From a virus (Duplodnaviria > Caudoviricetes): DNA of 26,179 nt. The notes under the pieces are model-generated. The model saw only the letters and a program-made list of their open reading frames with translations. It was not told the DNA's origin and made no database searches. Shown here piece by piece: positions 1-9,079 of this stretch. Position numbers and translations under genes: made by a program. Position 1 is the stretch's first letter. Every line of letters begins with the position of its first letter. The stretch lies in the IMG/VR virus record IMGVR_UViG_3300017780_006067, positions 1 through 26,179 of that record. One strand, 5' to 3'.

Positions 1-1
1 A

Positions 2-925
2 ACTTCGACACAAACTCCGACAAATACTGCCACTCCTACACAAACATTAACTAAAACACCAACTAACACACCAACAGTAACTCAAACATCAACAGTAACT
101 CAAACACCATCGGTAACTCCAACAAAAACTCCAACACCATCGGTAACTTCAACTAATACAAGTACACCAACTTCAACACCAACTAATACAAGTACACCAA
201 CTTCAACACCAACAGTAACCCCAACTTCAGAAACACCTACACCAACTCCAACTAATACAACTACTCCAACAAATACTCCAACTAATACAACTACAACAAC
301 ACCGACACCAACTCAAACAAGATTTGCGTTTACTGTTTATTCGGGTTCAACATATGATGCAGCTTGTGGTCAATATAATTCAACAATTACGATTTATGGT
401 GATAAAGTTAATTTTGATGAAAATACAATATTCTATAATGTATTATCAGGTCCAACTACAATTGTTATGACAGGTTATTACAATAATAGTCAAAAGATAG
501 TTCAGTTATCATCTAACGGTTCTATTGTTGGAGGATTTAGTATTTGTGTTACATTAACACCAACTGTAACACAAACTCAAACACAAACACAAACACCAAC
601 TCAAACACCAACATTAACTAAAACACCAACTAACACACCAACAATAACTCAAACACCAACTAAAACAATTGGTTACTACACTTATACATTAGGGTATGAT
701 GCAACTGTTTCGGCAACTGCTTGTTCTAATTTCTCAAGTTCACCAATAACTATTTATGGAGCAATTGCTTCGGGTATAGGACCAAATCTTGGTGAGATAT
801 TGTACACTAACACATTGTTATCAACAACAGCTCCTAATGGTTATTATTCTAATGGAACTGCAACATATCAGGTAACCGGAGGTATAGGTGAAGTTACAAC
901 AGTAAACCCTGTTGGTTGTGCATAA
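2..925 (+). CDS. Thr/Pro-rich mucin-like repeat protein, 5'-partial (starts before the window); likely virion surface/fibre protein
   Basis: The frame of the 467..925 ORF is open from base 2 (TSTQTPTNTATPTQTLTKTPTNTPT...). Long T/P tracts alternate with two related ~75-85 aa Cys-containing modules (AAC..TITIYG..GYY..C and TAC..PITIYG..GYY..C). The Met at 467 is internal. Confidence 0.85.
   Translation, partial: TSTQTPTNTATPTQTLTKTPTNTPTVTQTSTVTQTPSVTPTKTPTPSVTSTNTSTPTSTPTNTSTPTSTPTVTPTSETPTPTPTNTTTPTNTPTNTTTTTPTPTQTRFAFTVYSGSTYDAACGQYNSTITIYGDKVNFDENTIFYNVLSGPTTIVMTGYYNNSQKIVQLSSNGSIVGGFSICVTLTPTVTQTQTQTQTPTQTPTLTKTPTNTPTITQTPTKTIGYYTYTLGYDATVSATACSNFSSSPITIYGAIASGIGPNLGEILYTNTLLSTTAPNGYYSNGTATYQVTGGIGEVTTVNPVGCA
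43..655 (+). repeat. 46-bp dispersed direct repeat (43-88 and 610-655, one mismatch) shared by two T/P linkers
   Basis: aacattaactaaaacaccaactaacacaccaaca(g/a)taactcaaaca occurs at both positions. Confidence 0.85.
150..213 (+). repeat. Exact 30-bp tandem repeat (aactaatacaagtacaccaacttcaacacc x2) in the T/P tract
   Basis: 151-180 is identical to 181-210 and encodes TNTSTPTSTP. Confidence 0.9.
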
Positions 926-948
926 AAAAAAATAAATAATTTTTAATT

Positions 949-977
949 AAACCCTCGACTTATCTCGAGGGTTTTTT
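949..977 (+). terminator. Rho-independent terminator after the mucin-like gene
   Basis: AAACCCTCGA-cttatc-TCGAGGGTTT hairpin running into a T tract. Confidence 0.8.
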
Positions 978-1001
978 ATTTTTACCTAAAACGTATAATA
1001 C

Positions 1002-2267
1002 ATGAAAATATTTGTTCAAATCGCGTCCTATAGAGACCCACAATTAGAACCAACAATCAAAGATATGTTGGCAAATGCCAAGAAGCCTAAAAATATCACA
1101 TTTGGAATTGCAAGACAATTCAGTGAAGAAGATGGTTTTGATAAATTAGAGGATTATAGAAAAGACAAAAGATTTAGAATACTTGATATTCCTTACGAAG
1201 AGTCTAAAGGTGTTTGTTGGGCAAGAAATCTAACCCAACAACTTTATAAAGGTGAAACGTATACTCTTCAAATCGATTCTCATATGAGATTTGTTAAAGA
1301 TTGGGATGATATCTTAATAAAAATGATTAAGGGGTTGCAGAAGGATGGATACGAAAAGCCTTTACTTACGGGTTACGTCCCATCCTTTGACCCCGAAAAT
1401 TATCCGGAGGGTAGAGTTAATGAACCATGGAGAATGGTCTTTGATAGATTTATCCCTGAAGGTGCTGTCTTCTTCTTACCTGAAACTATTCCGGGATGGA
1501 AAGAATTAAAAAAACCTGTGACAGCAAGATTTTACTCAGCACATTTTTGTTTTACTTTAGGAGCATTCTCAATTGAGGTACAACATAATCCCGAATATTA
1601 TTTCCACGGTGAAGAAATTTCAATCGCAGTACGAGCATACACTTGGGGTTATGATTTATTTCATCCACATCTTCCTGTTGTGTTTCACGAATATACTCGT
1701 AAGGGTAGAACAAAACAATGGGATGATGATAAAGCATGGGGAGAAAAAAATAGACACTCTCATCACACAAATAGAAAATTATTTGGTATGGATGGAGAGG
1801 AACAAGAAGGTCATGACGGACCTTACGGATTTGGACCTAGTAGGACATTAACGGAGTATGAAAAATATTCAGGTCTTTTATTTGAAAAAAGAGCGATTGA
1901 CAAACATACATTAGACAAAGGATATCCACCAAACCCTTATAACTTTGAAACCGAAGAAGAATGGAAAAATAGTTTCTGTATGATGTTTAAACATTGTGTT
2001 GATGTTGGATATTCTAGTGTACCTGAAACAGATTATGATTTTTGGGTAGTGGCGTTTCATAACGATAAAGACGAAACTCTTTTTAGAAAAGATGCTGACA
2101 AAGCAGAAATTGCAGGGATGTTAAGAGACCCTGATGGTTATTGTAAGATTTGGAGAGAATTCCAAACAGATGCATTACCTGATTATTGGGTGGTATGGCC
2201 TTATTCTGAATCAAAAGGATGGTGTGATAGAATTACAGGAAGAATAACTCATAATCATGTTAGTTAA
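1002..2267 (+). CDS. GT60-like UDP-GlcNAc:polypeptide alpha-N-acetylglucosaminyltransferase (Pfam GlcNAc / Gnt1-like) with a ~95-aa C-terminal extension
   Basis: Family motifs IFVQIASYRDP, SKGVCWAR, YTLQIDSHMRF (DxH), FHGEEISIAVRAYTWGYDLFHP and HEY. No signal peptide or TM anchor. Confidence 0.85.
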   Translation: MKIFVQIASYRDPQLEPTIKDMLANAKKPKNITFGIARQFSEEDGFDKLEDYRKDKRFRILDIPYEESKGVCWARNLTQQLYKGETYTLQIDSHMRFVKDWDDILIKMIKGLQKDGYEKPLLTGYVPSFDPENYPEGRVNEPWRMVFDRFIPEGAVFFLPETIPGWKELKKPVTARFYSAHFCFTLGAFSIEVQHNPEYYFHGEEISIAVRAYTWGYDLFHPHLPVVFHEYTRKGRTKQWDDDKAWGEKNRHSHHTNRKLFGMDGEEQEGHDGPYGFGPSRTLTEYEKYSGLLFEKRAIDKHTLDKGYPPNPYNFETEEEWKNSFCMMFKHCVDVGYSSVPETDYDFWVVAFHNDKDETLFRKDADKAEIAGMLRDPDGYCKIWREFQTDALPDYWVVWPYSESKGWCDRITGRITHNHVS

Positions 2268-2955
2268 TATGAAATACATTTACCATCATATGGGTTTAGG
2301 AGACCATTTTACTTGTAATGGTCTTGTTCGTTATTACTACAAACAATTTGGAGAAATAACAATATTTTGTTATAAACATTTTGAAAACAATATTAAATTT
2401 ATGTATCGAGATTTACCCAATCTAAAAACGATTGGGTTAAATTCTGATGCTGAAGTTGATGAATATATTGCTAATCATAATATATCAAATGATTTAATTA
2501 AAATTGGTTTTGATAAATCAAGGGCATTACAAAATCAAGTAGAGACATTTGACGAAGGATTTTACTTATCAGAAAATTTACCATTCCAATTAAGATTTGA
2601 TGAATATTTTGTTGAAAGAGACTTGGATAAAGAACACGAACTTTATAGAACTCTTAATCCGAACGACGAGGATTTTATTTTTGTTCACGAAGACCCTGAC
2701 CGTGGAATGTTTTTGGATAAAAGTAAGATTAGACAAGATTTAAAAATTATTGGTAATGATAAAAGATTTTTAATTTTTGATTACATTTATTTGCTTAGTA
2801 AGGCAAAAGAAGTTCATGTTATGCAATCATCAATAAAAGATATGATTAATTCATATTCATTCCCTGAAACTAAATTTTTCCTACATAATTATGTTAGAAA
2901 TTATGATTCATATGCTAATACAAAAGGATTAAATAAATTTGAAATACTATATTAA
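2257..2955 (+). CDS. Putative glycosyltransferase-like protein (HxGLGD motif); alternative start at 2269
   Basis: N-terminal YHHMGLGDH, then FIFVHED and LLSKAKEVHVMQSS, reminiscent of GT-B (GT9/GT11-like) enzymes; operon context. Confidence 0.5.
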   Translation: MLVNMKYIYHHMGLGDHFTCNGLVRYYYKQFGEITIFCYKHFENNIKFMYRDLPNLKTIGLNSDAEVDEYIANHNISNDLIKIGFDKSRALQNQVETFDEGFYLSENLPFQLRFDEYFVERDLDKEHELYRTLNPNDEDFIFVHEDPDRGMFLDKSKIRQDLKIIGNDKRFLIFDYIYLLSKAKEVHVMQSSIKDMINSYSFPETKFFLHNYVRNYDSYANTKGLNKFEILY

Positions 2956-3830
2956 TGAAATTATTAATACAATTAAATTTTGGATTATTAGGTAATTTTT
3001 ATACCGCAACAACACAACTAATAGATTTCGCAAACTATTATAAAAACCTTGGATATGAATGTCATTTAATATTTGCGTCAAATTCTAATGGTAACAATGG
3101 ATATGGTATTTTTGATATTCAGTTTGAAGAACTTTATAACACTGAAGATTTTAAAATGTTTGATAGTATCACAACTATAGAACACGCAATAACTGACAAA
3201 CATTATAATGAATATATTTGTCACAGTTCTAATAATCCGGGATTACAATGGTGGGATGTATTTTTTAATAATCAAGTTAATGATTTATATACTTCAAGTT
3301 TCAAATACCATGACCGTAAAGGTTTTTCGCGAGATGAAGAATTACCAAAATTACTACCAAAATTTAACGAAATTGTGTACAAAAAAGTTAAAGATTTTAA
3401 AGACACTCATCCTCAAATAAACTCAACAATACAATTAAGATTATATGGATATGGCGATAAAGAAAATTTTAACCCAAGATTAATTCAAATATATTCTGAT
3501 TTATACGAATCAGTAAAAAAATCTAATAGAAATTTTTATTTAACATCTTCATGTGTTAGTTGTTTAGGAGACATAATAAATTTACCTAATGTTTATTTAT
3601 TTGGTGATAGAAAATCTGAAGAAAATTTAGGGGATGTTAATTTCTATGAAATAGAGGGTGGTAGAGAAAAACAATTAGATATACTTTATAATTACATTGC
3701 AGAAATGGTTATGATAACAGAAACTAATGATGTTTATTATCATTCAATACATTGGCCGTCAACATTCATGTATTACGGATTTGTAAATAATAAAAACATA
3801 AAAATATCACATATTAGTGTGATTGATTAA
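2955..3830 (+). CDS. Divergent GT-B fucosyltransferase-like protein (NodZ/GT23/GT11/O-FucT-like)
   Basis: GLLGN near the N-terminus; TIQLRLYGYGD (cf. GVHIRRGD), FYLTS (cf. FLATD) and EMVMI..PSTF (cf. DLYLLS..STFS); TAATG stop/start coupling at 2953-2957. Confidence 0.45.
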   Translation: MKLLIQLNFGLLGNFYTATTQLIDFANYYKNLGYECHLIFASNSNGNNGYGIFDIQFEELYNTEDFKMFDSITTIEHAITDKHYNEYICHSSNNPGLQWWDVFFNNQVNDLYTSSFKYHDRKGFSRDEELPKLLPKFNEIVYKKVKDFKDTHPQINSTIQLRLYGYGDKENFNPRLIQIYSDLYESVKKSNRNFYLTSSCVSCLGDIINLPNVYLFGDRKSEENLGDVNFYEIEGGREKQLDILYNYIAEMVMITETNDVYYHSIHWPSTFMYYGFVNNKNIKISHISVID

Positions 3831-3843
3831 TACTTAATATAAA

Positions 3844-4653
3844 ATGAAAATAAAATTAATTGATGAAAATTTAGTGGGACAACCGGGTTTGTCCAGATAT
3901 ATTGACCCTAAAACAAATTGGGAAAGAGAACCTGAAAATCATAATATTGCAATTTATGCTGACCGTATGTGTTTTACTCAACCTATTGATGACACAAAAA
4001 TAAACTGTGCTTGGTTAATTGAACCTCCAATTATTAATGGTGAGAATTATCGAGATATTATTATAAATAAAGAAAAATTTAAATACATTTTTACTCACCA
4101 CAAAAATTTATTACCTCAATCGGATAATGTTGTCTACATACCCCACGGAGGTACTTGGTTAAGAGAGGAAGACATTAATATACATGACAAATCAAAAACA
4201 ACGAGTTGTATTTTTTCTTGGAAAAATTGGAATTCTTATCATAGAATGAGATTTAGAGTTTACGACAGATTAAAAGACGATAATAGAGTTGATTTTTATG
4301 GGTCAGGATGTGATGTACAACTTGATTATAAAATTGACGCGTTAAAAGATTATATGTTTTCAATTGTTATTGAAAATAGTATTGAGACAGACTATTTTAC
4401 CGAAAAGATATTAGATTGTTTCTTATCAGGAACAATTCCTGTTTATGTTGGGTCAAAAACAACTTCTCAATATTTTGACGAGAATGGTATTATCTATTTT
4501 GAAGGTGATGAAGATTTACCATCAATTTTAGAAAAATTAAATACAGAATTTTATTTATCTAAATTAGACTCAGTTAAGAAAAATTTTGAACTGGCAAAAG
4601 AATACATGTTTCCTGAAAAATTAATTCAAAACTTTTTAAATAAAAATGTATAA
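3844..4653 (+). CDS. GT10-like (alpha-1,3/4-fucosyltransferase-type) glycosyltransferase
   Basis: YMFSIVIENSIETDYFTEKILDCFLSGTIPVYVG matches the GT10 F-E-N-S..DY.TEK..P.Y.G motif; also WLIEPP and VDFYG. Confidence 0.8.
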   Translation: MKIKLIDENLVGQPGLSRYIDPKTNWEREPENHNIAIYADRMCFTQPIDDTKINCAWLIEPPIINGENYRDIIINKEKFKYIFTHHKNLLPQSDNVVYIPHGGTWLREEDINIHDKSKTTSCIFSWKNWNSYHRMRFRVYDRLKDDNRVDFYGSGCDVQLDYKIDALKDYMFSIVIENSIETDYFTEKILDCFLSGTIPVYVGSKTTSQYFDENGIIYFEGDEDLPSILEKLNTEFYLSKLDSVKKNFELAKEYMFPEKLIQNFLNKNV

Positions 4654-5404
4654 TAATATTTTAGTAACCGCAACTAACAGTGCTTATTATGAGTCATTAC
4701 TCACTTTGATAAGTGGTGTCCATCAATATAGTGTTGATATTGTTGATAGAATTTTTATTTATAATCTAGGATTAGATGTAAATGAAATTAAAACATTGAA
4801 TTCATTAAAAAATGTTGAAGTTATTGAGTTTCCTGAAAATTCAACAGATTTACATCCAAAATTTATGGAACCTAAGTCTTATGTATATAAGATTTATTGT
4901 ATGTATCATTCATCAAAATTAGGGAATAATGTTTTGTGGTTAGATTCGGGTGCTAGTCCTCTAAAATCTATCAAAATTATTTATGACAAAATATTAGAAG
5001 ATGATATTTTTTTAGTTGGAGATATTCACACTAATAGAGATTATACTCATACAGATTGTAGACAATGTTTATCTGCTAGTGAGGATGAGTTAAGTGGTAA
5101 ACAATTATGGGCAGGACTTGTAGGATATAAATCAAATGGTAAATACCAACATATTTTTGACGAAGCATATAAGTTATCGTTAATTCCGGGATGTTTAGAT
5201 GGTAATCAAGAAAACCATAGACACGACCAAAGTATTCTGTCTATTTTAACACATAGATATGATTGTCCAAGACAAGACATTGATATATTTGGATATTGGA
5301 CTGATTGGAATCGTAATCTTAGTTTAGCAATTGAGATGGGGTCAGTAATATTTGCACATAGAAGAGGTCATAATGATAAAACAAATTTAATATATGAAAA
5401 TTAA
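4646..5404 (+). CDS. GT-A-like glycosyltransferase (DUF1647-like)
   Basis: LVTATNSAYY, IYNLGL, Y.YK, VLWLDSG and NHRHDQSILSIL motifs. Confidence 0.6.
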   Translation: MYNNILVTATNSAYYESLLTLISGVHQYSVDIVDRIFIYNLGLDVNEIKTLNSLKNVEVIEFPENSTDLHPKFMEPKSYVYKIYCMYHSSKLGNNVLWLDSGASPLKSIKIIYDKILEDDIFLVGDIHTNRDYTHTDCRQCLSASEDELSGKQLWAGLVGYKSNGKYQHIFDEAYKLSLIPGCLDGNQENHRHDQSILSILTHRYDCPRQDIDIFGYWTDWNRNLSLAIEMGSVIFAHRRGHNDKTNLIYEN

Positions 5405-6122
5405 TTTTAATGAAATACCAAAGTTTGTAATAAACCTTGAAAGAAGACCTGATAGGTTAGAGACGGTTACAAAAGAATTTGAATACATGGGTTGGGAGTT
5501 TGAAAGGTTCAACGCTGTTGATACAAATAGTTACGAAGGTTGTGCTTATTCACATCAAGAAGTTGCTAAAATAATATTAGAACGAGGTTATGAATATGCA
5601 ATGGTGTTTGAAGATGACATCTTTTTTATGCCTTACACAAAAAAATTAATTCCAATGATTGAAGAGGAGTTAAGTAATACAGAATGGAGTTTTTTCCATT
5701 TTGCTCCTTCGATTCACAGACCTCTTAGTAAATTTTCTGAAAATTTGGTGGACCTAACAATATTACCTCCAAAAGACCCGGATAAACATAGAGGTATTTT
5801 TGGAACTTCAGGGTTCATTTTAACTAAAAAGGCTTGTGAATATATTGTTGAGTGGGACACCAATAAAATTATTGAGAACACCCATAAACAAGTTCCAATT
5901 GACGAATTTTTAGATAAAGGGGTTTATCCAAACATGAAATCATTTTCAGCAAAATTACCATTAGTTGTACAAAAAAGAGATTATTCCGATATTAATAAAA
6001 CATTTGATTCAAATCATTATGTTATGACATATAATTGGAATGTTTATTTCCCGGATAAGTTAGACGGAGTATATTTAGATTACGATAAATGTTTAGAGTT
6101 AAGAAATAATAATGAAGGTTAA
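5394..6122 (+). CDS. GT25 family glycosyltransferase
   Basis: FVINLERRPDR, FNAVD, GCAYSH, MVFEDD, GTSGFILT..A, PIDEF. Confidence 0.85.
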   Translation: MKINFNEIPKFVINLERRPDRLETVTKEFEYMGWEFERFNAVDTNSYEGCAYSHQEVAKIILERGYEYAMVFEDDIFFMPYTKKLIPMIEEELSNTEWSFFHFAPSIHRPLSKFSENLVDLTILPPKDPDKHRGIFGTSGFILTKKACEYIVEWDTNKIIENTHKQVPIDEFLDKGVYPNMKSFSAKLPLVVQKRDYSDINKTFDSNHYVMTYNWNVYFPDKLDGVYLDYDKCLELRNNNEG

Positions 6123-6987
6123 AATAATTACAAGTATTTACTCAGACCTTTATGGTTCTGAGTTAGGAGGAAGACAAGGAAGAAAAGACCACTATCGTTT
6201 TAGTTTATTGTCTTTATTAAAGATGACACAAGCAGATTTTATCTGTTACACCTCTGAAAGAGAATTAGAAGACTTAAAAGAGTTTTTTTATAAAAATCAT
6301 GAAATTTCTGAAGATAGATTAAAATTTGTTTTATTTGATTTATCACAAAATGAATATCAAGATTTGATTAATAGTGTTAAAGATATTGAAGGTATTAAAA
6401 AATCTGATAGATGTTACGAAATTCAATACTCTAAATTTTCTTGGTTTAAAAATGAGGACAAAAGTTATGATTATTATTTTTGGTTTGATGCTGGATTATC
6501 ACATACAGGGTTAATACCAAATAAATATTTGTCGGGACAAGGTCATAGATTTTATTATGAATCATCATTATTTAATGATAATTTTTTAAATAATTTAATT
6601 AAATATTCTGACAACAGGTTTGTTATGGTAGCAAAAGAAAATTCAAGAAATTATTGGGAAGGTACTGTAGACGCTAAATACTATACAACATATGACAATA
6701 GTGTTCATGTAATTGGTGGGTTCTTTGGGGGTAAAACAGAGTTGTGGGATAAGGTAGTTAAACAATTTGATGACTATGTTAAATTAATTTTACCCGAACA
6801 AAACAGATTGTTTTATGAAGAACATTATATGTCATTAATGTACCAAAATCACAAAGAATGGTTTAAGTCCCTAAATTTTGATATTTGGTGGCACCATGAT
6901 AATTTTAAAGAAGGGTCCGAAGAATTTTTTCAAAAAAACAAAAGTTTTTATAAAATGTTAACAGAATTAAATAATATAAATGAGTAA
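6112..6987 (+). CDS. HtrL/YibB (WlaTC)-like glycosyltransferase
   Basis: Y.IQYSK, YYFWFDAGL, IGGFFGG and EEHYMSLMY; paralogous to the N-terminal half of the next gene. Confidence 0.6.
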   Translation: MKVKIITSIYSDLYGSELGGRQGRKDHYRFSLLSLLKMTQADFICYTSERELEDLKEFFYKNHEISEDRLKFVLFDLSQNEYQDLINSVKDIEGIKKSDRCYEIQYSKFSWFKNEDKSYDYYFWFDAGLSHTGLIPNKYLSGQGHRFYYESSLFNDNFLNNLIKYSDNRFVMVAKENSRNYWEGTVDAKYYTTYDNSVHVIGGFFGGKTELWDKVVKQFDDYVKLILPEQNRLFYEEHYMSLMYQNHKEWFKSLNFDIWWHHDNFKEGSEEFFQKNKSFYKMLTELNNINE

Positions 6988-8653
6988 TATAACATTAGTA
7001 ACAGGTATTTGGGATATTGGTAGAGGAGAATTATCCGAAGGATGGTCAAGGTCGTATCAACATTATTTAGATAAATTTGAACAATTATTGGATGTTCAAG
7101 AGAATATGATAATTTTTGGAGACGAGAGTCTTAAAGAATTTGTTTTTAAAAAAAGAAACGAATCAAATACTCAATTTATTGTTAGACCAATGGATTGGTT
7201 TACATCTTCTGAGTTTTTTCCATTAATTCAAGACATTAGAAATAATCCTAATTGGTATAACCAAGCCGGTTGGTTAGAACAATCAACACAGGCAAAATTA
7301 GAAAATTATAATCCATTAGTTATGTCAAAAGTTTTTCTTTTACATGATGCAAAAATATTTGATAAATTCGACTCCAAATATATGTTTTGGATAGATGGTG
7401 GTTTAACGAATACCGTCCACCCGGGATATTTTACTCACGATAAAGTCCTTGATAAATTATCAAAATATATTTCAAAATTTTCATTCATTAGTTTTCCTTA
7501 TGGTGCTGAAACAGAAATACATGGATTTGAATATAATAAATTGAACTCTATTGCCGGTAGTAAAGTAAATAAAGTTTCTCGAGGAGGATTCTTTGGAGGT
7601 CCAAAAGATAGTATTTCTGATATTAACTCAATTTATTATGGATTGTTAAAATCGACACTTGAGGAGGGATATATGGGTACTGAGGAATCTATCTTCAGTA
7701 TTATGTCATATAAACATTCTGATTTAATAAATTATTTTGAAATCGATTCGAGCGGGTTAGTTGGTAAATTTTTTGAGGATTTGAAAAATGATAAGTTAAT
7801 TCCAAAAAACGAATCTAAAGTTAGTATTGTTAACAATTTAGATACAAGTAAAGTTGGTATGTATGTTTTGACTTTTAATAGCCCAAATCAATTTAAAACA
7901 CTAATTAAATCAATGGAGACATATGATAATGATTATTTGTTAAAAACAAAGAAATTTTTGTTGGACAACTCAACTGATTTAACAACCACTGAAGAATATC
8001 TACAATTATGTGAAGAACATGGTTTTGAACATATAAAAAAGGAAAATCTTGGGATTTGTGGTGGAAGACAATGGATTGCAGAACATTTTAATGAAACGGA
8101 ATTAGATTATTATTTATTCTTTGAGGATGATATGTTTTTTTTCCCTAATGAAGGGTCTGTGTGTCGAAATGGATTTAATCGATATATCCCAAATTTATAC
8201 ACTAAGTCTTTAGAAATAATTAAAAAAGAAAATTTTGATTTCTTAAAACTTAACTACTCCGAATTTTATGGGGATAATGGGACACAATGGTCATGGTACA
8301 ATGTACCACAATCCGTTAGAGAGGAGTTTTGGCCGGACAAACCTTCACTGCCTCACATGGGATTAGACCCAAATGCACCTAAAACTAAATTCACCTCAAT
8401 TTTATCTTACAAGGGTTTACCATATGGTTGTGGAGAAGTTTATTATTGTAATTGGCCTCAAATTGTGAGTAAACATGGTAATAAAAAAATGTTTTTAGAC
8501 ACTACTTGGGGACATCCATTTGAACAAACTTGGATGAGCCATATGTATCAATTAGTAAAAAAAGATGAATTATCTTCAGGTCTTTTACTATTAACTCCAA
8601 CGGAGCATGATAGGTTTGAACATTATAACGGAGATTTACGCAAAGAGTCATAA
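6980..8653 (+). CDS. Two-domain glycosyltransferase: N-terminal HtrL/YibB-like domain plus C-terminal GT2-like GT-A domain
   Basis: N-half ITLVTGIWDIGR, FWIDGG, GGFFGG, GTEESIF. C-half LTFNSP, DNST, ENLGICGGRQ, FFEDDM. Confidence 0.7.
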   Translation: MSNITLVTGIWDIGRGELSEGWSRSYQHYLDKFEQLLDVQENMIIFGDESLKEFVFKKRNESNTQFIVRPMDWFTSSEFFPLIQDIRNNPNWYNQAGWLEQSTQAKLENYNPLVMSKVFLLHDAKIFDKFDSKYMFWIDGGLTNTVHPGYFTHDKVLDKLSKYISKFSFISFPYGAETEIHGFEYNKLNSIAGSKVNKVSRGGFFGGPKDSISDINSIYYGLLKSTLEEGYMGTEESIFSIMSYKHSDLINYFEIDSSGLVGKFFEDLKNDKLIPKNESKVSIVNNLDTSKVGMYVLTFNSPNQFKTLIKSMETYDNDYLLKTKKFLLDNSTDLTTTEEYLQLCEEHGFEHIKKENLGICGGRQWIAEHFNETELDYYLFFEDDMFFFPNEGSVCRNGFNRYIPNLYTKSLEIIKKENFDFLKLNYSEFYGDNGTQWSWYNVPQSVREEFWPDKPSLPHMGLDPNAPKTKFTSILSYKGLPYGCGEVYYCNWPQIVSKHGNKKMFLDTTWGHPFEQTWMSHMYQLVKKDELSSGLLLLTPTEHDRFEHYNGDLRKES

Positions 8654-8658
8654 CGATA

Positions 8659-8665
8659 TATTTAT
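8659..8665 (+). promoter_or_regulatory. TATTTAT putative late promoter
   Basis: GATATATTTAT ends 4 nt before ATG 8670; the same motif recurs before other structural genes. Confidence 0.55.
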
Positions 8666-8669
8666 TGTT

Positions 8670-9047
8670 ATGGAATTTTATATCAAACAAAACGCGACAT
8701 TACCTGTATTAAAAATGCAAGTTGTTAAAGACGGTAGAGCCGGTTATCAACAACTTATGCAAGATTTAGAGGTTTCTACAATATTTTTTACAATGATTGA
8801 TGTGGAGACGGGTATACCTAAAATTGTATCCGCCCCCGCTCAAATTGTAAATTTGATTTTACCTGACGGAGCGGCTCCGGAATACTACATTTATTTTAAA
8901 TTTACCTCAAGAGATACTAATACTCCGGGAAGGTATGAAGGACAGTTTTTAATTAAAAATGATGAGGGAAATCTAATACTCCCAATTAGAGAAGAACTCT
9001 ATATTAATGTCCAACCAAGTTTTATTTCTGAAACTGCTTGTTGCTAA
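8670..9047 (+). CDS. Small beta-rich virion protein, BppU N-terminal-like (start revised from 8607 to 8670)
   Basis: MEFYIKQNATLP..., F..RDTNTPGRYEGQF, ILP..EELYINV pattern. ATG 8670 follows the previous stop and the TATTTAT motif. Confidence 0.55.
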   Translation: MEFYIKQNATLPVLKMQVVKDGRAGYQQLMQDLEVSTIFFTMIDVETGIPKIVSAPAQIVNLILPDGAAPEYYIYFKFTSRDTNTPGRYEGQFLIKNDEGNLILPIREELYINVQPSFISETACC

Positions 9048-9079
9048 TTTGATTCTTAAATTTAATTAACTATATTTAT
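9048..9079 (+). promoter_or_regulatory. Bacteroidota-like promoter TTTG-N19-TATATTTA upstream of the DNA polymerase
   Basis: TTTG at 9048-9051 and TATATTTA at 9071-9078; the Bacteroidota sigma70 consensus is TTTG-N19-21-TAnnTTTG. Confidence 0.5.

Noticed and set aside
1-660. ACA/CCA-rich low-complexity DNA as a non-coding satellite
   Set aside because: It is an uninterrupted reading frame encoding Thr/Pro repeats.
954-984. CTCG-N19-TATTTTTA as a promoter for the GT operon overlapping the terminator
   Set aside because: The spacing fits, but the upstream box is a poor match and the T tract is already explained by the terminator.
1002-8653. GT operon as a DNA hypermodification or host capsule/O-antigen locus
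   Set aside because: No base hydroxymethylase, flippase, Wzy or other membrane protein is present, and the lead enzyme resembles a protein-acting family. Disfavoured rather than excluded.
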